Below are positions 59,862 to 64,000 of a DNA stretch of 64,000 nt, piece by piece. The notes below the pieces were generated by a model, which worked only from the letters and a program-made list of their open reading frames with translations, was not told the origin of the DNA and searched no databases. Numbering within the stretch: the stretch's first letter is position 1; every line of letters starts with the position of its first letter. Source of the DNA: Amoebophrya sp. A120 (taxonomy: Eukaryota > Protista > Dinoflagellata); assembly GCA_905178155.1 (NCBI GenBank), contig CAJINV010000004.1, positions 8,516,882-8,580,881 on the forward strand, in the 5' to 3' direction. The position numbers and the translations under genes are program-made.

Positions 59862-60518
59862 TCATACGGCGAGAGGACCAGCAATTAAACACGACATAAA
59901 GGCAGCAAGACCCCCCGGCACGCAGTCAGCCCGCATCGGGGCGAGGCGCCAGCGCCCCGAATAGATTCGTAACAAAGGGCGACATCCCGGCCCCGGCGGA
60001 AAGCACGCGGGCAACCCGCGCACGCCGCGGGGGTGCTGGTACAGCAGGAAGAACCCCAAGCCGGCAGGCGCGCCCGCTAACAGCGCGGCGGGCTGGGGGG
60101 GGTGCCGGGAAAAGAGGGGCGCAAGCCGTGCGCGATTTGGTTGCCGCCCGGCGCACCACGCAGCGCCTGACGAATGTCCCGGGCGGTGGCACATGGCCGG
60201 CCCATATGGCTCGCAACGCGGGCCACGGGCATGCGCCCTTCCTGGCGCGCCAGCACGGAAGCCCGCCGCCCTCTCACGGGCGGGCCCGGGATAAGTTTGG
60301 GCTGCGCCCGAATTTTTCTTCTTCGCCTCCTCCTCCGCCTTCCGCTCCTTTTTCTCCAACAGAAGCCGGGCTTTGTACTTCAGCTGCTTCCGTTCCGTCA
60401 AGGGCAATTCCTTGAAGTTCTCGCGGAAAAGGGTCGCCCTATTTTTCTTCATGACCATCTTCATGGACATTTTCTTCATTACGGTCATCTTTTTCATGAA
60501 GACCGGCTTTTTGTTCAT
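59862..60518 (-). CDS. Lys/Met-rich basic protein, paralog of 38417..39010 (only the first ~75 codons are convincing)
   Basis: MNKKPVFMKKMTVMKKMSMKMVMKK..YKARLLLEKKERKAEEE vs KKAQQLIAERKKRELEEE; the GC-rich 3' part may be non-coding. Confidence 0.5.
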   Translation of the reverse strand: MNKKPVFMKKMTVMKKMSMKMVMKKNRATLFRENFKELPLTERKQLKYKARLLLEKKERKAEEEAKKKNSGAAQTYPGPARERAAGFRAGAPGRAHARGPRCEPYGPAMCHRPGHSSGAAWCAGRQPNRARLAPLFSRHPPQPAALLAGAPAGLGFFLLYQHPRGVRGLPACFPPGPGCRPLLRIYSGRWRLAPMRADCVPGGLAAFMSCLIAGPLAV

Positions 60519-61506
60519 AAGGGCTAGACAATTGTGACTCTCGGAAATTTTTCTTTTGCGCTCTCTTTTTTAGAACCCGTCGCGATTTCTGATGAGCTGA
60601 CTCTCTCGGACTTTTGGCTTCTGCTCTCTCGGAAGGTCTTTACTCGGTAACTTTTCGCTTTTGAAATGGTTCGGCCGTACACAACGAACAGCTCCCGTCG
60701 TAAACAACAACGTTCCCTCGGAGAAGCAAGATAAATACCATGCGGCATGATAAAATGCGCTGGACATTTTCTCAAGAGAAGGTCGTTCTTGGGCATATAT
60801 TTTCGTGTTGTCTGGCCATCGTACACAAAATTTCGGTTCAACAACTGCACTGGGCTACGACTACGTAAATCGTGAGTTGAGGTGTGTCCGGGAAGGTGGT
60901 TGATACAGATACTAGGATATATACAGATTTTACAGGAAGATGTTGACCCACCTTATTCTTATAATATCGAGAGGTGCTAAAAATATTTGCTGCCATTCAC
61001 CGTGAACCTCTATATGGATTTGAAACGTGTAGTACTGTGCTCCTACTCATGTAAAAATTGTTTGTGAAGATGATATTAATCTCCTGTTGATTGGGCACTA
61101 CATTTACATTTTGTATTAAGATCGTTGATACAAAGTGAAAGTAGACAGGTACACTACAAATCTGTTTGTCTACGTATTTTTTGGGAGGTAAAAATCGAAA
61201 CCCGGCGCTTTGATGTTTCCGTGAAAATAAAGTTACCACTGCTAGCGCTGGAAAATGGTTGTGAAGTCGAATTACAAAATTGTAGAATTGGGTGAGAGCC
61301 AGCAGTGGACCAACAACTTCACGTATACTACTCACCTGTCGCATCGAAAGATAGAGAAGACTCTTGAAAATATGGTTTAGGGCAGATCAACATACATTAT
61401 CGTTATGGGACGAAGGGGCCAACATTGAAATAACGGTATAGAGGATCATGAGGGTCATCACTTCTTGTAAGAGCACATTGACCACGACCTCGGCCTCTTC
61501 GCGCAG

Positions 61507-64000
61507 TTACAATTTCGCCGCGACCTCCAACGTTTTCCTCCTCTCGGCGGTCTGGTCCACAACGTCGCCCCTTGTTTGCACCAGGTTGGGGTTCGTCTCC
61601 CGCTCCGGATGGATCATGTACTGCAGGTGATCGTAGTAACCGTCGGTGATATCCCGCTTGTTGAGCGGCTCTTTCTTTGTCTGCTCGTACAAAGCTTCGT
61701 AGACACGACCTGTCGTATTTCATCAATATTGTATTCGTATTGCGTCTGCACAACATTCACCCGCATTAGAAACTGCTTCCTTCGTGATGACCGTGTCGCA
61801 CGAAAATGCATGACAAATCTTGACACATTTTCAATTGAAACTGAACAGCACAAGATTTTGTGAAGAACTAACAAATACGTGAAAAATAATATTACCGTCG
61901 TATCTGCCCAACACGGAGTTCAATAAAAAGTCCGGGAAGTTTATCCAACGAAAAGAGTGCCGCAGTTACACATTTAGAGTCAGTTTAGCAACACAAATTT
62001 CTCTGGATGAGAGAGAAAACTTGTAATGCAGAAATCCTACGGGAAAACACCTATGAAACGAGGCTGCTATGCATATCCGGCATGACAGAGCTTGTCTGTC
62101 TTGCTTGGCCTGCAACACCATGTGTAACTGCAACACTTTTTTCTTGCGATAAAGTTCCATCCGTCCACCAACGCGACGGCCTGGGGCCGGATCATTTGCA
62201 AACACTTCTTGATCTCCTTCGTGATTAAAGCCGAGATCTTCCGGTCCCCCCCGGGCAGCGCCCCGCAGGCGATGAAGTCGCCCAGACCGCCGCCCTTGTC
62301 GTACCCGGAATCGATCACGGTGAGGCAGTAGAGCTGGTACAAGGGGTTGAGCGCGGTCTGCACGGTCTTGGACGCCTCGGCCAGGGTCTCGCGGAAGGCC
62401 AACGCGTACATCACGTAGGCGTGGGAGTAGGTCATGCGCATCATCTCGATCTTTACCTGTGTTCAGGAATGAAAAACGTTTTTGGCATTTGTTTTTTGTG
62501 AAGATCGAGATCGTTCTGTATGTGTATTTACCGACTTTGCATGTTGAGAAAGAACCCATTTGCTGGTTTTCGATGTACGTGTAGTAGTCTTTGTCGCGTA
62601 GAAGCAGTGCTTGTGTTGTTGCCTCCAGGGAGTAAAAATGACAAAATCAAAGACTTTGTTCTTCCAAATACGTATATCCGTTGGAGTACCTCATCCAGTG
62701 TATTCGGTCCGATTTTCCCGCCCGCGGCCATGACCGCCTCCTGAAAAACTTCCGCCGTACTGTAGTGCATCCAGTTGGCACGGCGCTTGAGGCAGTCAAA
62801 CAGGAAATCGTGGTTCTCGAGCAATTTCTGCTCCTCCAGTTCGTCGACCGTCGGGGGCTTGTGCTCCGCCATGGGATCGAAGTCGTAAATGTACTGGAGG
62901 AGGGGAGTGTGCGGATTCGTCTTCTTGCCCTTCATCATTTTTGCGGTCACAGCGCCGAGGAGCACTTGGCCAACCTGGATGTAGTTTGGGATATGAAGAT
63001 GAGAAATTTACTTTTACGAGCGAGCGCAATAGTTTCGTCTATCACAAGCATCGACCCACCCGGAGATATCATGCATTTAAGGACAATTGACCCACAACAT
63101 TTATTTTCCAACTACATCAAAGATCAACGATGAATGTTACGTTCAATAACACTCGAGATTCATCATGATATACCTGGATACTGAGCACCACAAAATCGCC
63201 CTCATACGTGGCCTGCGGCAAAACGGACATGGTATTCGGGCCGACCCCCGCGCAGTTCAGGTACCCGTGGCCTCCGAGGGACTTTATCCTGAGTAAAATC
63301 GTCCCCACACCCGAGTCAAGATGGGAAATCTGCTAGACAAATCGACCAGCTTCAGTTGTTTCGCATGACAAGTTTGTCCTCGTAGTGTCATCCTGTTTAG
63401 CTAGTGCAGCAGCATCGCAGATCTAGTGCAGCATGCTGATTTGAGCATGACAAATCTCAAAGCACCACTATAAACTGCTTCTCATGGGGCTTCGCATGAG
63501 AAACATTTTATGCATGCACATTTGCATTACAACTCTGGGGTGGAGGGGACGTTTTTACAAATGATAGACTTCCGGCACTGTTCCATGCCATCGACCGCCA
63601 GCATGGTGTATCAAATGCAAAAATGTCTGGGTCTGGAAGAATGGAAGGCTTGTCATGCTTGTCTGGCGTGACCCATGATGCTTGTAATGCATGACCCAGC
63701 ATCACAGATTTTTGGAAAGCTATCTGATGCCATTTCCGCATGACAAATGCCCTCCTTGCGTAGCACAAATGTGGCTCCTCTTGCTGGTCATGCAATACAG
63801 ATTTTTTTAGAGTCCAAAGTTAGCATTACAAGTTCCACCTTTCCAGACCCAGAAATTTTTACAGTTGATATAGTGTTCACCGCTTTTAACGTGGAGGTCA
63901 GACAGTGCATTTCCTGCAGCTTGTCAAATTTGTTGCCCCGGAATTCCCTAATTGCGATGTCATACAGTTTCCCCGCCATCAACCCTGAGAAGTGCAACGC
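61507..64000 (-). CDS. ACOX: Peroxisomal acyl-CoA oxidase, 3' part (5' end outside window)
   Basis: Spliced: HCLTSTLKAVNT|MLAVDGMEQCRKS|LGGHGY..TYEGDFVVLSIQ|V..IRPQAVALVDGWNF|PDFLLNSVLGRYDG|RVYEAL..AKL* (PTS1). Three introners plus three GT-AG introns (62975-63173, 62457-62689, 61710-61895). Confidence 0.93.
61942..62151. mobile_element. Introner, family E-like
   Basis: TIRs TATCCAACGAAAAGAGTGCCGCAGTTACACAT / TATCGCAAGAAAAAAGTGTTGCAGTTACACAT; perfect DR AAGTT. Confidence 0.88.
63285..63566. mobile_element. Introner, family C
   Basis: TIRs TATCCTGAGTAAAATCGTCCCC / TATCATTTGTAAAAACGTCCCC; perfect DR GACTT; splits CRKS|LGGHGY. Confidence 0.88.
63609..63870. mobile_element. Introner, family A
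   Basis: Family A TIRs; flanks TGGTG/TAGTG. Confidence 0.93.

Noticed and set aside
144-63133. Plus-strand ORFs
   Set aside because: Mostly antisense shadows of minus-strand exons or repeat-derived; none shows a recognisable motif
532-63870. Idea that DR mismatches are always synonymous
   Set aside because: True at 532, 1064, 4921, 14852 and 63609, but not at 6152, 6654, 6967, 13411, 24041, 27278, 43514 or 58032
6649-63997. Recurring short ORFs with LPDPDIF / CKNVWVWK / FQTQTF / MSGSGR peptides as a gene family or transposase
   Set aside because: They are translations of the family A TIR in different frames. The elements are under 340 bp and non-coding.

Overview
Eukaryotic genomic DNA. 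All credible protein-coding genes lie on the minus strand. They are interrupted by at least 34 short (153-334 bp) MITE-like elements in about 5 families. The elements have terminal inverted repeats ending TA...TA (one copy has a T>G change at one end) and are flanked by 5-bp direct repeats. In the junctions I translated by hand, removing the element plus one 5-bp repeat restores the reading frame. It also rebuilds conserved motifs: a mitochondrial carrier signature, an EXD1-type exonuclease and acyl-CoA oxidase. Many junctions offer no GT-AG pair, so the elements behave as non-canonical introner introns. This pattern, the co-oriented genes and the Met/Lys-rich basic proteins suggest a Syndiniales dinoflagellate such as Amoebophrya (inference), where IR/DR introners are already reported. 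Recognisable genes are a giant protein with a C-terminal EXD1/Egl-like 3'-5' exonuclease (~12.8-26.3 kb), a mitochondrial carrier, a GNAT-domain protein and the 3' part of a peroxisomal acyl-CoA oxidase. There are also three paralogs of an unknown modular family. Non-coding structure includes a 230-bp higher-order satellite, a palindromic short-unit array, a 1.35-kb TIR element and a 130-bp fold-back. No rRNA, tRNA, CRISPR array or transposase was recognised. Coordinates were counted by hand and may be off by a few bases.
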